A DNA stretch of 64,000 nucleotides from the NCBI GenBank assembly GCA_042219045.1, contig JBDGQO010000049.1, forward strand, positions 20,731 through 84,730. The letters run 5' to 3'. Of this stretch, positions 34,346-45,150 are shown piece by piece. Both the position numbers and the translations under genes were made by a program. Every line of letters starts with the position of its first letter. The stretch's first letter is position 1. The notes under the pieces were generated by a model, which saw nothing but the letters and a program-made list of their open reading frames with translations, had not been told where the DNA came from and made no database searches. Source of the DNA: Candidatus Bipolaricaulia bacterium (lineage in GTDB: Bacteria > Bipolaricaulota > Bipolaricaulia > RBG-16-55-9).

Positions 34346-35413
34346 ATGGGGCACAGGGTGCTGGTGATCGGGACGGGCACGATCGGGGAACCGTTGATCG
34401 GGCTGCTGGCGGGCCTCAAGGACGAACTCGACCTGGACGAGGTGATCTTCCACAAGAACTCGCCGCTGTTGAACGACCGTCCCAAGATCCGGAATCTCAT
34501 TCGACGAGGAGCGGCGTTGGCGGTCAACGGGAAGGCGGCCGAGGACTTCGAAGCGCTCGGCGTCAGCCCGTCGTACGAGAAGGTCGAGGCAATCGATCGG
34601 GCCGATGTCGTCATCGACTGCACGCCTAAGGGCTGGGGCAACAGCAACAAGACCGACTTTTATCAGAATTTCGAGCACAACACGCTCGGGTTCATCGCTC
34701 AAGGGAGCGAGTTCGGCTTCGGCAAGATGTTCGTCCACGGCGTCAACGATGAGGCGCTGGTTCCGGACGAGGATCGCTACATCCAAGTCGTCAGTTGCAA
34801 CACGCACAACTTGTCCGTGCTCGTGGATACCATCGGGCTCGAGGGCGGACGTGCCAATCTCCGGTCGGGCCGGTTCGTCTGCATCCGGCGAGCGAACGAC
34901 ATCAGTGAGTCGGCCAGCTTCATTCCCTCGCCCAGCGTCAGCGCCCACGACGACAATGCCTTCGGGACGCACCATGCCCGCGACGCCCACCATCTGTTCC
35001 AGACGCTCGGCTTGGATCTCAATCTGTTCTCCTCCGCGCTCAAGGTCAACACGCAGTACATGCACACCGTCTGGTTCGATCTCGACCTGGAGGAGCCCAC
35101 GAGCCGAGAGGCGGTCGTCGAGGGACTGCGCGCCCATCCACACGTGGCCGTGACGAACCGCAGCGAGCAGAACTTGATCTTCTCCTTCGGCCGCGATTAC
35201 GGGCACTATGGGCGCATCTTGGACAACACCGTCGTGGTACTGCCGTCGCTCCATGTCGCGCAAAACGGCCATCGGGTGACGGGCTTCTGCTTCACCCCGC
35301 AGGATGGCAACTCGCTTTTGTCCAGCTTGGCCGCGACGCTGTGGTTCATCGACCCGGCGACGTATCGCGACCGACTCGAAGTCATTGCCCCGTACATGTT
35401 CGACGAAGTCTGA
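34346..35413 (+). CDS. Type II (archaeal-type) glyceraldehyde-3-phosphate dehydrogenase family protein
   Basis: VIGTGTIGE (Rossmann fold), DVVIDCTPKGWGNSNK, IQVVSCNTHNL (catalytic Cys context SCNT), IRRAND and GTHHARD align with archaeal GAPDH blocks. Confidence 0.65.
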   Translation: MGHRVLVIGTGTIGEPLIGLLAGLKDELDLDEVIFHKNSPLLNDRPKIRNLIRRGAALAVNGKAAEDFEALGVSPSYEKVEAIDRADVVIDCTPKGWGNSNKTDFYQNFEHNTLGFIAQGSEFGFGKMFVHGVNDEALVPDEDRYIQVVSCNTHNLSVLVDTIGLEGGRANLRSGRFVCIRRANDISESASFIPSPSVSAHDDNAFGTHHARDAHHLFQTLGLDLNLFSSALKVNTQYMHTVWFDLDLEEPTSREAVVEGLRAHPHVAVTNRSEQNLIFSFGRDYGHYGRILDNTVVVLPSLHVAQNGHRVTGFCFTPQDGNSLLSSLAATLWFIDPATYRDRLEVIAPYMFDEV

Positions 35414-35540
35414 CGCTCTGATCCGCCGGCTCAATCACGCCAAACTTGCTTAGAGCCCCGAAATTCCGTATCATGGACGCATTGCGGTGGGGCCAGTCTT
35501 GAGCCCGTTTTCAGGGGATGAGTTGGGAGGAACATGAGCC

Positions 35541-37961
35541 ATGAGCCGTATTGAACGAACCGCCATCGAGTCGGAGATGCGCCAGAGCTACATCAACTAC
35601 GCCATGAGCGTGATCCGGGGGCGAGCCATCCCGGACGCACGGGACGGGTTGAAGCCCGTCCAACGGCGCATCCTCTACGCCATGGACCAACTCGGCCTGA
35701 CGTCGAACCGATCGCACCGAAAGTGCGCCCGCATCGTCGGTGAGACGATGGGTAAGTATCACCCGCACGGCGACCAGGCGATCTACGACACGCTCGTCAA
35801 CATGGCGCAGACCTTCAGCTATCGCTACCCGCTCATCGACGGGCAGGGCAACTTCGGCAGCCTCGACGGCGACGAGGCCGCTGCCATGCGCTACACCGAG
35901 GCCCGGCTCTCGGCGATCACGGAGGAGTTTCTCGCCGAGATCAACGAGGAGACCGTCGACTTCCAGACGAACTTCGACGACGCCCTGGAAGAGCCGGTTG
36001 TACTGCCCGCGAAAGTTCCCAACCTGCTCTTGAACGGCGCATGGGGCATCTCCGTCGGGATGACGACCCAGATTCCGCCGCACAATCTGGCTGAGCTGAT
36101 CGACGCCACGGTCCACCTCATCGAGCATCCCGACGCCGACTGGAGCGAGCTGAAGCAGTTCATCAAAGGCCCGGATCTTCCCACCGGCGGCATGATCCTC
36201 GGCGAGGAGGGCATTGACGCGGCCTACCGAACGGGCGAGGGCAAGATCCGAGTCCGGGGCAAGGCCGACATCGAGGACGACCGCATTATCGTCACGGAGA
36301 TTCCCTTCCAAGTGCGCAAGTCGACGATCGTGGAAGCGATCGCCAACAAGGTGCGCGCCGGCGAGATCGACGAGGTCACGGATCTCCGGGACGAGTCCGA
36401 CCAGGACGGCTTGCGCATCGTCGTGGAACTGAAACAGACGGCGAACCCGCAGGTCGCGCTCAACAAGATTTACCGATACACGCCGTTGGAGTGGACGTTC
36501 GGGGCCAACTTCCTCGTCATCATCGATGGCAATCCGCGCAAGTTGTCGCTGAAAGAGCTTTTGGGCGCGTTCCTCGCGCATCGGCGCGACGTCGTCACCC
36601 GGCGGACGCAGTATCGCTTGCGCATCGCCGAGCAGCGCGCCCATATCCTCGAAGGCCTGCGCGTTGCGCTGGCCAACCAGGACGCGATCATCGAGCTGAT
36701 CCGCAACGCCGACGACGCCCAGTCCGCCACGACGCGACTGCAGGCCGACTACGACCTCAGCGAGGATCAGGCAAGCGCGATCCTGAGCATGCGGCTGCGG
36801 CAGCTCACCAGCCTGGAGCGGGACAAGATCGAGACCGAATACCAGGAAAAGCTCGAGCTGATTCGAGAATACAAGGAGATCCTCGGCAGCAACGAAAAGC
36901 TTGACGGTCTCATCGAAGAGGAGCTGCTCGACATCAAGGAGCGCTACGGCGACGAGCGTCGCACTCAGGTCCTGACTGAGGACGAGGGCGAGGCGTGGGA
37001 CTACACGCCCGAGTCCTTCGTGCCCGACCAGGACGTGTTGGTGAGCATTTCCACGAAGGGCTACGCCAACGCGCCCCGCGAGGACGTCATTCGCCGACAG
37101 GGACGCGGTGGCAAGGGCGTTATCGCCATGCGGCTGCGCGAGGGCGACGTTTTCAAGCACATCTTCAGTTGCAACGCCCGCGACGACCTCTGGATCTTTA
37201 CCACAGCCCACAAGTGCTACAAGCTGAAGGCCTACCGCTTGCCGTCCGCCCGGCGCGACTCCAAGGGCGAGAACTTGCGCAATCTAATCGGCATGGCGCC
37301 CGAGGAACAGGTCGTGGCGTTGGTGCCGCATCCGGCTGAGGACTCGGATCGGCAATACTGCGTGTTGGCGACGAAGGGCGGCATCGTCAACCGCAACGTG
37401 ATCGAGGACTACGTCAACGCCCACACCAACGGCATCGCCGCGATCAACGCTGTGGACGGCGATCAAATCGTCGACGTCGCGCTCACGACGGGCTCGGGCG
37501 AGATGATGCTCGCCAGCGCCCAAGGCCAGACGATCCGCTTCACCGAGGATCAGGCTCGTCTGACGGGGCGGCCCTCCAAGGGCGTCATCGGCATGAAACT
37601 GGAGGGCGAGGACGAGATCGTCGACCTCACGCCGCTGCCGGCGGACGCCACCGAGGACAAGCTGCTCATCGTCACGGAGAACGGCTACGGCAAGCGGACG
37701 CCCATTGAACAGTTCCCGACGCAGAATCGCTCAGGGAAGGGCGTGCTCGGTCTCAAGACCAACGAGAAGACGGGCAACGTCGTCGCCATGGGCCGCGTCC
37801 ACGACGACGATGAGGTCATGATCACGACGCTGCAGGGCAAGATTATCCGCATCTCGGCCAGCGACGTTCGGGTCGTCAGCCGCTACGCACGCGGCGTCAA
37901 GGTGATCAGCGTTGACGACGACGATCGCGTTGTGTCCATCGTCCGCCACAGTCGGGAGTAG
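35541..37961 (+). CDS. gyrA: DNA gyrase subunit A
   Basis: [47 protein letters not shown] (active-site Tyr), and C-terminal beta-pinwheel repeats. Confidence 0.95.
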   Translation: MSRIERTAIESEMRQSYINYAMSVIRGRAIPDARDGLKPVQRRILYAMDQLGLTSNRSHRKCARIVGETMGKYHPHGDQAIYDTLVNMAQTFSYRYPLIDGQGNFGSLDGDEAAAMRYTEARLSAITEEFLAEINEETVDFQTNFDDALEEPVVLPAKVPNLLLNGAWGISVGMTTQIPPHNLAELIDATVHLIEHPDADWSELKQFIKGPDLPTGGMILGEEGIDAAYRTGEGKIRVRGKADIEDDRIIVTEIPFQVRKSTIVEAIANKVRAGEIDEVTDLRDESDQDGLRIVVELKQTANPQVALNKIYRYTPLEWTFGANFLVIIDGNPRKLSLKELLGAFLAHRRDVVTRRTQYRLRIAEQRAHILEGLRVALANQDAIIELIRNADDAQSATTRLQADYDLSEDQASAILSMRLRQLTSLERDKIETEYQEKLELIREYKEILGSNEKLDGLIEEELLDIKERYGDERRTQVLTEDEGEAWDYTPESFVPDQDVLVSISTKGYANAPREDVIRRQGRGGKGVIAMRLREGDVFKHIFSCNARDDLWIFTTAHKCYKLKAYRLPSARRDSKGENLRNLIGMAPEEQVVALVPHPAEDSDRQYCVLATKGGIVNRNVIEDYVNAHTNGIAAINAVDGDQIVDVALTTGSGEMMLASAQGQTIRFTEDQARLTGRPSKGVIGMKLEGEDEIVDLTPLPADATEDKLLIVTENGYGKRTPIEQFPTQNRSGKGVLGLKTNEKTGNVVAMGRVHDDDEVMITTLQGKIIRISASDVRVVSRYARGVKVISVDDDDRVVSIVRHSRE

Positions 37962-37979
37962 GGTCTCGATCCGCGAGCC

Positions 37980-39188
37980 ATGAAACCCGCACACGAGCAG
38001 CTGGCGATCATCAAACAGCGGGCCGTGGAGATCATCCCCGAAGACGATCTCCACCAGAAGTTGGACCGTGCCGTCGAGACGGACGAGCCCCTGCGCGTCA
38101 AGCTGGGCGTTGACCCGACCGCTCCCAACATCCACGTCGGCATCGGCGTCGTCCTGGAAAAACTGCGGGACTTCCAAGATCTCGGCCACACGGCGGTGCT
38201 GATCGTGGGCGACTTCACCGCCCGCATTGGCGACCCGTCCGGCCGCGACACGACGCGCCCCATTCTGACGTTCAACGAGATCCAGCGGAACATGGAGACC
38301 TACAAGGAACAGGCCTTCGGGATCCTCGATCCCGACAAGACCGAAATTCATTACAACTCGAAGTGGCTGGAGCCGATGTCGTTTGAGGACATCATGGAGC
38401 TTACGTCCAAGTACACGGTCGCGCGAATGCTGGAGCGGGACGACTTCCACAAGCGCTACCAGGAGGGGCAGTCGATCACGCTGTTGGAGTTTCTGTATCC
38501 GCTGGCGCAGGCGTACGACTCGGTGGCGATTGACGCCGACGTCGAGCTGGGCGGGACGGATCAGCGCTTCAATTTGCTCGTCGGGCGTGAAATCCAAGAG
38601 CGCTACGATCAGGATGCCCAGGTGGCGATGCTGATGCCGCTGTTGGAAGGGACCGACGGCGTCAAGAAGATGAGCAAGTCCCACGGCAACACGGTCGGCA
38701 TTACCGAGAATGCGGACGAGATCTACGGCAAGCTGATGTCGATCCCCGATGACATGTTGGAGCGCTACACGACGCTGTTGACCGATATGGATTATCAGGC
38801 CCTCAAGGACGAACATCCCATGCAACAGAAGAAGCGGCTCGCCCACGCCGTCGTCTCCAAGTACCATCCGAAAGCCGACGCGGACCATGCGGCCGAGGAG
38901 TTCGAACGTGTCTTCGGGCAGGGCGAGCGCCCGGATGACGTCCCTCAAGTGACGCTCGACGCGGACGCTCTCGAAGGGAATCGCCGGGTCTGGATCGTCG
39001 AGCTGATGGATCGGGCGGGCTTGGTGGACAGCCGGTCCGAAGCCCGTCGGCTTGTGCAGCAGGGAGCCGTCGAGTACGACGGCGAACGGATCACGGACGC
39101 GGACGCGCACATCGAGCTGAATCCGAAAGGCCTTCTGAAAGTCGGCAAGCGCCGCTTTGCGGAGATCCACGTGGAAGGATCGGCCTAG
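37980..39188 (+). CDS. tyrS: Tyrosine--tRNA ligase
   Basis: Class I HIGH-type motif (PNIHVGIG), KMSKS and a C-terminal S4 domain (SEARRLVQQGAV). Confidence 0.9.
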   Translation: MKPAHEQLAIIKQRAVEIIPEDDLHQKLDRAVETDEPLRVKLGVDPTAPNIHVGIGVVLEKLRDFQDLGHTAVLIVGDFTARIGDPSGRDTTRPILTFNEIQRNMETYKEQAFGILDPDKTEIHYNSKWLEPMSFEDIMELTSKYTVARMLERDDFHKRYQEGQSITLLEFLYPLAQAYDSVAIDADVELGGTDQRFNLLVGREIQERYDQDAQVAMLMPLLEGTDGVKKMSKSHGNTVGITENADEIYGKLMSIPDDMLERYTTLLTDMDYQALKDEHPMQQKKRLAHAVVSKYHPKADADHAAEEFERVFGQGERPDDVPQVTLDADALEGNRRVWIVELMDRAGLVDSRSEARRLVQQGAVEYDGERITDADAHIELNPKGLLKVGKRRFAEIHVEGSA

Positions 39189-39189
39189 C

Positions 39190-39612
39190 ATGAGCGACTG
39201 CATCTTCTGCGCGATTGCCCGAAACGACCAACAGGCACACACGATCTTTCAGGACGAGCACAGCGTGGCGTTTCTCGACCTGCATCCTGTTAAAGACGGG
39301 CACACCTTGGTGATTCCCAGGGCCCACTACGAGCGCCTCGAGGACGTGCCATCCGACGAGATCGGGCCCTTCATGGCCGCCGTCCAGCGTGCCACCCAAG
39401 CCGTGCAGGCGGCCATGGATGCCCCCGCGGCGACGGTCGGGATCCACAACGGATCGGAGGCCGGGCAAGCCGTACCGCACCTCCACCTGCACGTCATCCC
39501 GCGCCATCCCGGCGACGGCGGCGGCACGCTGCACAGCGTCGTCCGCGGCAAGGTCGAGGAGAACCTCGACGCCGTCCGGGATCGGCTCGCTCGGTCGATC
39601 GATGCCGTGTGA
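39190..39612 (+). CDS. HIT-family (histidine triad) protein
   Basis: CIFCAI, and HLHLHVIPR histidine triad. ATG lies 1 nt after the tyrS stop. Confidence 0.85.
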   Translation: MSDCIFCAIARNDQQAHTIFQDEHSVAFLDLHPVKDGHTLVIPRAHYERLEDVPSDEIGPFMAAVQRATQAVQAAMDAPAATVGIHNGSEAGQAVPHLHLHVIPRHPGDGGGTLHSVVRGKVEENLDAVRDRLARSIDAV

Positions 39613-39778
39613 ACGCTCGCTAGGCGTGAAGCGCGTGACTGTCGGCGGACTGCGTTCGGGGCTTATCGTCAATCGGTTCCATCACAAGGGGGCGAACAGT
39701 GGGGCGAACAATCAAGCGGGCTCGATTGCTCGGCCCCCTCACAGTTTTTAAGATGGCCTATCTTTAGGGAGGGATTCG

Positions 39779-40675
39779 ATGCTCAAATGGATTCTGATCG
39801 TCGGCCTCGCGCTCCTAGCGATCCTTGGCTTTGTGCTAGTGCAGGGACCGCTGTTGACGGGGCCGTCGCCGGCGCCCTCCGACTCGCCGGCGGAGCAGAC
39901 GCAAGAGGGTCAGGAGTCGGAGTCGTCCGAATCGGCCGAACCGTCCGATGGTGGCAATCAGCAGAAGGCGCAACCGGAACCGAGCCAAGAGGCCAAGGAC
40001 ATCATGCAGCAGGCACGGGAGGCCCAGGGCGGCCTGAGCGCGCTACAGGACCTCAACGGCTATCATCTCCAGGCCAGCAGCACGGCCACGCAACGCGGTC
40101 AGACGCTGTCGTTGCAGACCGAGACCTGGGTCAAGCTGCCGAGCCAGTTCCGTCAGAACACGCAAGTCAGCATCCAGGGCCAGACGATCAACAGCCTCAC
40201 GGTCTGGGACGGCCAGAACGGCTGGGTGCGGCAGCAAGGGCAGGTCCAACAGCTGCAAGGCAACCAGATCGGGTCGATCCAGCAGAACCTCTATCTCGAT
40301 CCGCTCCACGTCGTCTTGTTCGCGGCCCGTGATGATTTCACCTACACCTATCAAGGGACGGAGACTACTAACGGGACCAAGGCCCATGTAATGAAGATCA
40401 AGACGCCGCAGGATCAGACCGTGACGTATTACTTCGACGCGGAAAGCTTCCTCCCGATCCAGCGGACGCGGTCCGCCCAGGGAAGCACGGTGCGGACGGT
40501 CTTCACCGACTACCAGCGCGTGGACGGCTACGCGTTCCCGTTTACGCAAAAGACGTACCTGAACGGCGATTTGGCCCAAGAACAGACCGTGGAGAACGTC
40601 GAGGTCAACCCGAGCTTTGACCCGGAACTCTTCCAGAAGCCGCAGACGAACAGCAACCAACAGTCCGGTCAGTAA
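39779..40675 (+). CDS. Hypothetical exported protein, possibly LolA-like fold
   Basis: N-terminal TM/signal segment, acidic S/E/Q-rich linker, Gln-rich beta-rich body ending NPSFDPELFQKP. The assignment is tentative. Confidence 0.4.
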   Translation: MLKWILIVGLALLAILGFVLVQGPLLTGPSPAPSDSPAEQTQEGQESESSESAEPSDGGNQQKAQPEPSQEAKDIMQQAREAQGGLSALQDLNGYHLQASSTATQRGQTLSLQTETWVKLPSQFRQNTQVSIQGQTINSLTVWDGQNGWVRQQGQVQQLQGNQIGSIQQNLYLDPLHVVLFAARDDFTYTYQGTETTNGTKAHVMKIKTPQDQTVTYYFDAESFLPIQRTRSAQGSTVRTVFTDYQRVDGYAFPFTQKTYLNGDLAQEQTVENVEVNPSFDPELFQKPQTNSNQQSGQ

Positions 40676-40722
40676 ACGAGGCTTGCTGCTTCCCGTTTAG
40701 CTGTTATCGACCGAGATCGAAC

Positions 40723-40751
40723 GGAGCCCTCGGACCCGGTCCGAGGGCTCT
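40723..40751. terminator. Perfect 12-bp GC-rich hairpin between convergent genes (bidirectional terminator candidate)
   Basis: GAGCCCTCGGAC-CCG-GTCCGAGGGCTC at 40724-40750, located between the stop at 40675 (+) and the proS stop at 40803 (-). Confidence 0.55.
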
Positions 40752-40802
40752 GCTCATGACGCGTGATCCGCTCGACGTCCGTCGCGTTGAGCCTCATTCC
40801 AT

Positions 40803-42548
40803 TTAGCCGCCGACGGCCCGCCAGAGCTCGTTCAGTTCGGTCTGAACGCGCTCGAGCACGCCGGCTTCGGCGACGATCTCGGCCTCGTCGGCGTCGCGGC
40901 GTTTCAGCTCCACACCGCCCTTATCCAGCGCTCGCTGACCGATGGTGATTCGCAGCGGGATGCCGATGAGATCGGCATCGGTGAACTTGACGCCGGGGCT
41001 CTCTAGGCGGTCGTCGTACAGCACGTCGAGGCCAATCGATTGGAGCGCGTCGTAGAGGCGGTCGCCCGTCCGGACGACTTCCTCGCCGTCTTTGGGGAGC
41101 GTCACCAGATGGATATCGTAGGGCGCCACGCTGATGGGCCAGACGAGCCCATCGTCGTCACGGTGCTCCTCGGCGACGCTGGCGAGCGTCCGCTCGAGCC
41201 CGATTCCGTAGGACCCCATGATGATGGGATGGCTGTTGCCCGACTCGTCGACGAAGTTGCAGTCGGTCGCCTTGCTGTAGCGGGTCCCCAATTGAAAAAT
41301 GTTGCCCACCTCGATGCCGCGCGAGCTGTCCATCGTTGCCTCGCACTCGGGGCAGGCGTCGCCCGCTTGGGCGGCCGCGATGTCGGTCACGAGATCCGGC
41401 TTGAAGTCGCGACCGATGTTGACGTTCATCAGATGGTACTCGGCCTCGTTGGCGCCGGTGACGACGTTCGGCATCTCAGCCAAGGCGTCGTCGACCACCA
41501 CGTGGACGCCGTCGAGCCCCATTGGCGAGCCGAACCCGGGTTCGGCCCCGGTTGAGCGGATTTCGGCATCCGTGGCCGGGCGCAGATCGACCGCGCCCAC
41601 GGCGTCGGTCAACTTCGTCTCGTTGACCTCCATGTCCCCGCGGACGAGCGCGAGGATCAGTGACTCCGAGCTCTCCCCGTCATCCGAGGGCGCGATAGCG
41701 GTTAAGAAGAGCACTTTGGCCGCTTTGGAAGCCGGAATGTCGAGCTGCTCGCACAGGCCCTGAATCGTCTTCGCGCCCGGCGTCTCGACCCTGGTGATCT
41801 CGCCCGGTTCCTCATCATGGGGCGCGGGCTTGGCGAAGCGCGCAAGCTGCTGGTTGGCCGCGTAACCGCACTCGCGGCAGAACACGATCGTGTCCTCGCC
41901 CACGGGGGTGAGATACATGAACTCATGGGCCCGCTTGCCGCCCATCATCCCGACGTCGGATTCGACGGCCATCACGGGCAGCCCACATCTGTGGAAAATG
42001 CGGAAGTAGGCATCGTAATGCCGATCGTATTGCTCGCTCAGCCCCTCCCAGTCGGTGTCGAGGCTGTAGCTGTCCTTCATGGTGAACTCGCGCACGCGGA
42101 CCAGGCCGCCGCGGGGCCGCGGATCGTCGCGCCACTTGGTCTGGATGTGATAGATCAAGCGCGGCAGCTGGCGATAGGAGTTGACCTCGCCCTTGACGAG
42201 GTCGACGACGCTCTCCTCGTGCGTCATCGCCAGGACCATATCGCGCTCGTTCCGATCCTTGAAGCGCGTCATTTCCGGGCCGATCTCGTCCCAACGGCCC
42301 GTCTCCAGCCAGATCCGCGACGGATGGATCACGGGCATGCGCAGCTCCTGGCCGTCGATGGCGTCGATCTCCTCGCGAATGATCCGGGCGATTTTCGCGT
42401 GCGATCGCCATCCGAACGGCAACAGCGAGTAGATGCCCGTGGACAAGGGCCGAATGAACCCCGCGCGGATCAACAGCTTGTGGCTGTCCAGTTGCGCGTC
42501 GGCGGGCACCTCGCGACGCGTGGTTCCGAACGACTGGCTCATGCGCAT
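40803..42548 (-). CDS. proS: Proline--tRNA ligase (bacterial type with an editing INS domain)
   Basis: SHKLLIRAGFIRPLSTGIYSLLPFGW, class II motifs and 581-aa length. SD GGAGGAGG upstream. Confidence 0.95.
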   Translation of the reverse strand: MRMSQSFGTTRREVPADAQLDSHKLLIRAGFIRPLSTGIYSLLPFGWRSHAKIARIIREEIDAIDGQELRMPVIHPSRIWLETGRWDEIGPEMTRFKDRNERDMVLAMTHEESVVDLVKGEVNSYRQLPRLIYHIQTKWRDDPRPRGGLVRVREFTMKDSYSLDTDWEGLSEQYDRHYDAYFRIFHRCGLPVMAVESDVGMMGGKRAHEFMYLTPVGEDTIVFCRECGYAANQQLARFAKPAPHDEEPGEITRVETPGAKTIQGLCEQLDIPASKAAKVLFLTAIAPSDDGESSESLILALVRGDMEVNETKLTDAVGAVDLRPATDAEIRSTGAEPGFGSPMGLDGVHVVVDDALAEMPNVVTGANEAEYHLMNVNIGRDFKPDLVTDIAAAQAGDACPECEATMDSSRGIEVGNIFQLGTRYSKATDCNFVDESGNSHPIIMGSYGIGLERTLASVAEEHRDDDGLVWPISVAPYDIHLVTLPKDGEEVVRTGDRLYDALQSIGLDVLYDDRLESPGVKFTDADLIGIPLRITIGQRALDKGGVELKRRDADEAEIVAEAGVLERVQTELNELWRAVGG

Positions 42549-42868
42549 GGGGAAACCTCCTCCAATTGCGTCAGAATGACCATTTCAGGATCAATGCACA
42601 CGGCGAAAGCGGTGGAACGGTCGTCAGCTTCCCACATGGGGAGGCGGCGGGTCAAACGGAGGGGCTGCCGGACGGGCTCGATCGACCGTGTTCCTCATCG
42701 GCCACCATGGGCCGTTTCCGTGCTGAGCATGCCCCCTACCTTACGATCGCAGATCCGCGTCGGCCAGCGTGCCATTCGCTCGGGATTGCGAGGACCATTG
42801 ATGCGCACGTCTCGAGCGGATAGAGTTCGTCATTGAATCGACATTGACGTTGGCACAAAGGAGGCCCG

Positions 42869-43240
42869 ATGCCGTTCTGCCCCGAGTGTGAGGCCGAATA
42901 CGTGGAAGGCATTGAGGAATGCGTGGATTGCCAGACCGCTCTCGTGGATGAGCTCCCATCTAAGAATCCCAGCGACGTGGCCGAGTCCGCCTCGGACGAC
43001 AACGCCTTCGTCACGGTGTTCGAAGGCGGCAACGCATTCGACATCCACATGGCGAAAGGACTGCTGGTGTCGAGCGGGTTCCACGTCGAGCTGCTGGGCG
43101 GGGATAACCCGTTGAACCCGACACCGACGGGCATTCAAGTCCGCAAGGATGAGGCCGAAGAGGCGAGGGAACTGCTCGAGAACCCTGGTGATCTGGACGA
43201 CGAGCACTCCGACGAGTTCTCGAAAGATTTCAACGATTGA
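42869..43240 (+). CDS. Zinc-ribbon plus DUF2007 domain protein
   Basis: N-terminal CPEC...CVDC ribbon, then the DUF2007 pattern (FVTVFEGGNAFDIHMAKGLLVSSGF...VRKDEAEEARELL). SD AAAGGAGG. Confidence 0.7.
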   Translation: MPFCPECEAEYVEGIEECVDCQTALVDELPSKNPSDVAESASDDNAFVTVFEGGNAFDIHMAKGLLVSSGFHVELLGGDNPLNPTPTGIQVRKDEAEEARELLENPGDLDDEHSDEFSKDFND

Positions 43241-43908
43241 AGGGTTCCGAGGGCTGTGCTCCCCAACCTTCAGGGAGACCACCCGCCCAGCAACGTCCGG
43301 GTCCTCTGTCAGGCGGGGCCGCCCTCTCCGTTGGAGACGTCGGTCACTCGATTAGCGCGAGGCATCCGCGATCATTGCGAGCTCTGCTTGTTGCCGAATG
43401 CTCAGGGTCGCCTCGTTCGGACATCGGATGTGGGCAACGGGGGCTGGGACGTCAACGCTTCGACGGGGATGGCTTCCCCACCAGCAGTCTGTTGATCCAT
43501 TGTCGGGATCTGATCCCTCTGCGCTTCACCACCGAGTCGCGCGCATTTTCCGAATGGGCCAAGTCCAACTGCACGTTTGTGGCCTCATGGGACCTGTGCA
43601 CGTGGTCAAAGCATGTAAACGCTTCAGGCAGCCTCGACCTTGAGAGTCACGAACGCTGCTCGACCTGGACTGGATCGGTCGTCGATGACGGCGTCTGGTA
43701 ATCGTTGTGTGTTTCCGACGGTGGCCCCATCCGTGCGTCAAATAAGGCCGATCGGGAGATCAGAGCTGAGACGGAAACTCTCTGGCTTCGCGACGACTCG
43801 AGTTATTGCTTAAACTGACGGAAGATCAAGGCCAGTGTCCAAACGTTTCCCTCATCCAGCGGCGAACCGGACAGCGGGCAACGAGGATGCGCGCAAGGAG
43901 GCTCGGGC

Positions 43909-44976
43909 GTGGTACCCCTGCTTTTCAGAGTTTTCCGATTTGCCGTACGCAGCGGTTGGCAAGCCAGCCTGATTCTGATTGCCGTTCTCTTTATAGCAGG
44001 GTACCCGGTCATCTCACTCAACGAACCTCCGACTAGCGGCCTGACTTCCTTGCCGACGTATGCTTGGTGGTTCGTCGTCACGATCACGACGGTCGGCTAT
44101 GGGGACGTCGCGCCCGTCAGTGCGATGGGCAAAGCCATGGCCGTCGTCATTATGCTCGGCGGGATCGGATCAATCGGGCTTGTCATTACCCAGTTGTCCA
44201 ACAACGTGGCCCGTATCGGGAGGCAGATCATGCGAGGTACCGCAGACTTTGAGAAGAAGCTGACTGGCCACATCGTGATCTTCGGATATCACCCGGGCAA
44301 GACGGAACAGCTCATCGGCGAAATCAACGCGGACGAGCACAGCCGGGCCCGTGACATTCTTTTATGCTTTTCGCCGTCCCAAGCCGATGAGAATCCCTTG
44401 CCCGACAAGGTGCCCTACGCCGTGAAGGGCGAGCTCAGCTCCCAGGAGACGCTGGTGCGCACCAACGTCGAAGCCGCCTATCGAATCGTCATTGTCGGCG
44501 CGTCGGACGATCAGACCATCAACATTGCCCTCGGCGTCGTCCGATACAATGACCACGCTCACATTGTGGCCGCCCTTCACGAGCCACATGAGTACGCGGA
44601 GACGATCAAGCTGATCAGCGAGCGCATCGAATGTGTCCCCGAGGAAATGGTCTCGTTGACGACCCAGGCCTTGCAGGACCCGGGAATTACGGAGTTTTAC
44701 GACCATCTGCTCAGCAATCGGACATCCCAGACGATCTACCAACTGACGGTTCCCGCCGAGGTCGGCCAAGTCCCGTTCGGCGATCTCATGCAAGCCTTCA
44801 AAACGGAATACGGCGCGACGCTGGTCGGCCTCGTTGAAAACCCAGGTGCGAGCGCTCAATTGTGGGCCAACCCGAGCTGGAACCATCCTGTGGAAGGCGG
44901 CATGATCCTCTACTACATCGCCTCCGACCGATTTGACGAGGTTCATTGGAAGTCGTTGATTCCCGATGCCGCCTAA
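43909..44976 (+). CDS. 2-TM potassium channel with a C-terminal RCK/TrkA-like domain
   Basis: Selectivity filter TTVGYGD flanked by two TM helices, then HIVIFGYHPGKTEQLI (Rossmann-like gating-ring domain). GTG start with SD AAGGAGG 7 nt upstream. Confidence 0.85.
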   Translation: MVPLLFRVFRFAVRSGWQASLILIAVLFIAGYPVISLNEPPTSGLTSLPTYAWWFVVTITTVGYGDVAPVSAMGKAMAVVIMLGGIGSIGLVITQLSNNVARIGRQIMRGTADFEKKLTGHIVIFGYHPGKTEQLIGEINADEHSRARDILLCFSPSQADENPLPDKVPYAVKGELSSQETLVRTNVEAAYRIVIVGASDDQTINIALGVVRYNDHAHIVAALHEPHEYAETIKLISERIECVPEEMVSLTTQALQDPGITEFYDHLLSNRTSQTIYQLTVPAEVGQVPFGDLMQAFKTEYGATLVGLVENPGASAQLWANPSWNHPVEGGMILYYIASDRFDEVHWKSLIPDAA

Positions 44977-45150
44977 GCCAGGCCGCGCCGAATCGCTGGC
45001 CGTACGTGCTGAGGATGACCGCCCGATCATTGGCAGTTCGACGGGGCATGGTCTGACTCCTAATGACGCTGCGCCGCGCGACCAGATGGCTGTTCGACGT
45101 TGCTTTGAGGGACGACCTCGACGGTCCATGTGGCGTGGACGACGTTCGGC

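Noticed and set aside
42549-42868. Possible T-box leader upstream of proS (a 320-bp divergent spacer containing ...CCAUGGUGGCCGAUG... on the proS strand).
   Set aside because: There is only a weak resemblance to the T-box consensus (GGGUGGUACCGCG). I could find no convincing Stem I/specifier loop with a Pro codon and no terminator/antiterminator pair. A covariance-model scan would be needed to be sure.
43437-43535. GGGGGCTGGGACGTCAACGCTTCGACGGGGAT resembles the 5' end of tmRNA (GGGGCUGA...UUCGACGGGGAU), and a ...TTCACCA follows about 90 nt later.
   Set aside because: There is no complementary 3' acceptor strand (CAGCCCC-ACCA), no T-arm (GGTTCGAATCC-like) and no tag reading frame or pseudoknot-like organisation downstream. 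The match is a short motif only.
43700-43908. Possible c-di-AMP (ydaO-type) or other riboswitch upstream of the K+ channel gene.
   Set aside because: The conserved ydaO blocks and its pseudo-twofold symmetry are not recognisable by eye. The region is covered by the 668-bp gap finding instead.
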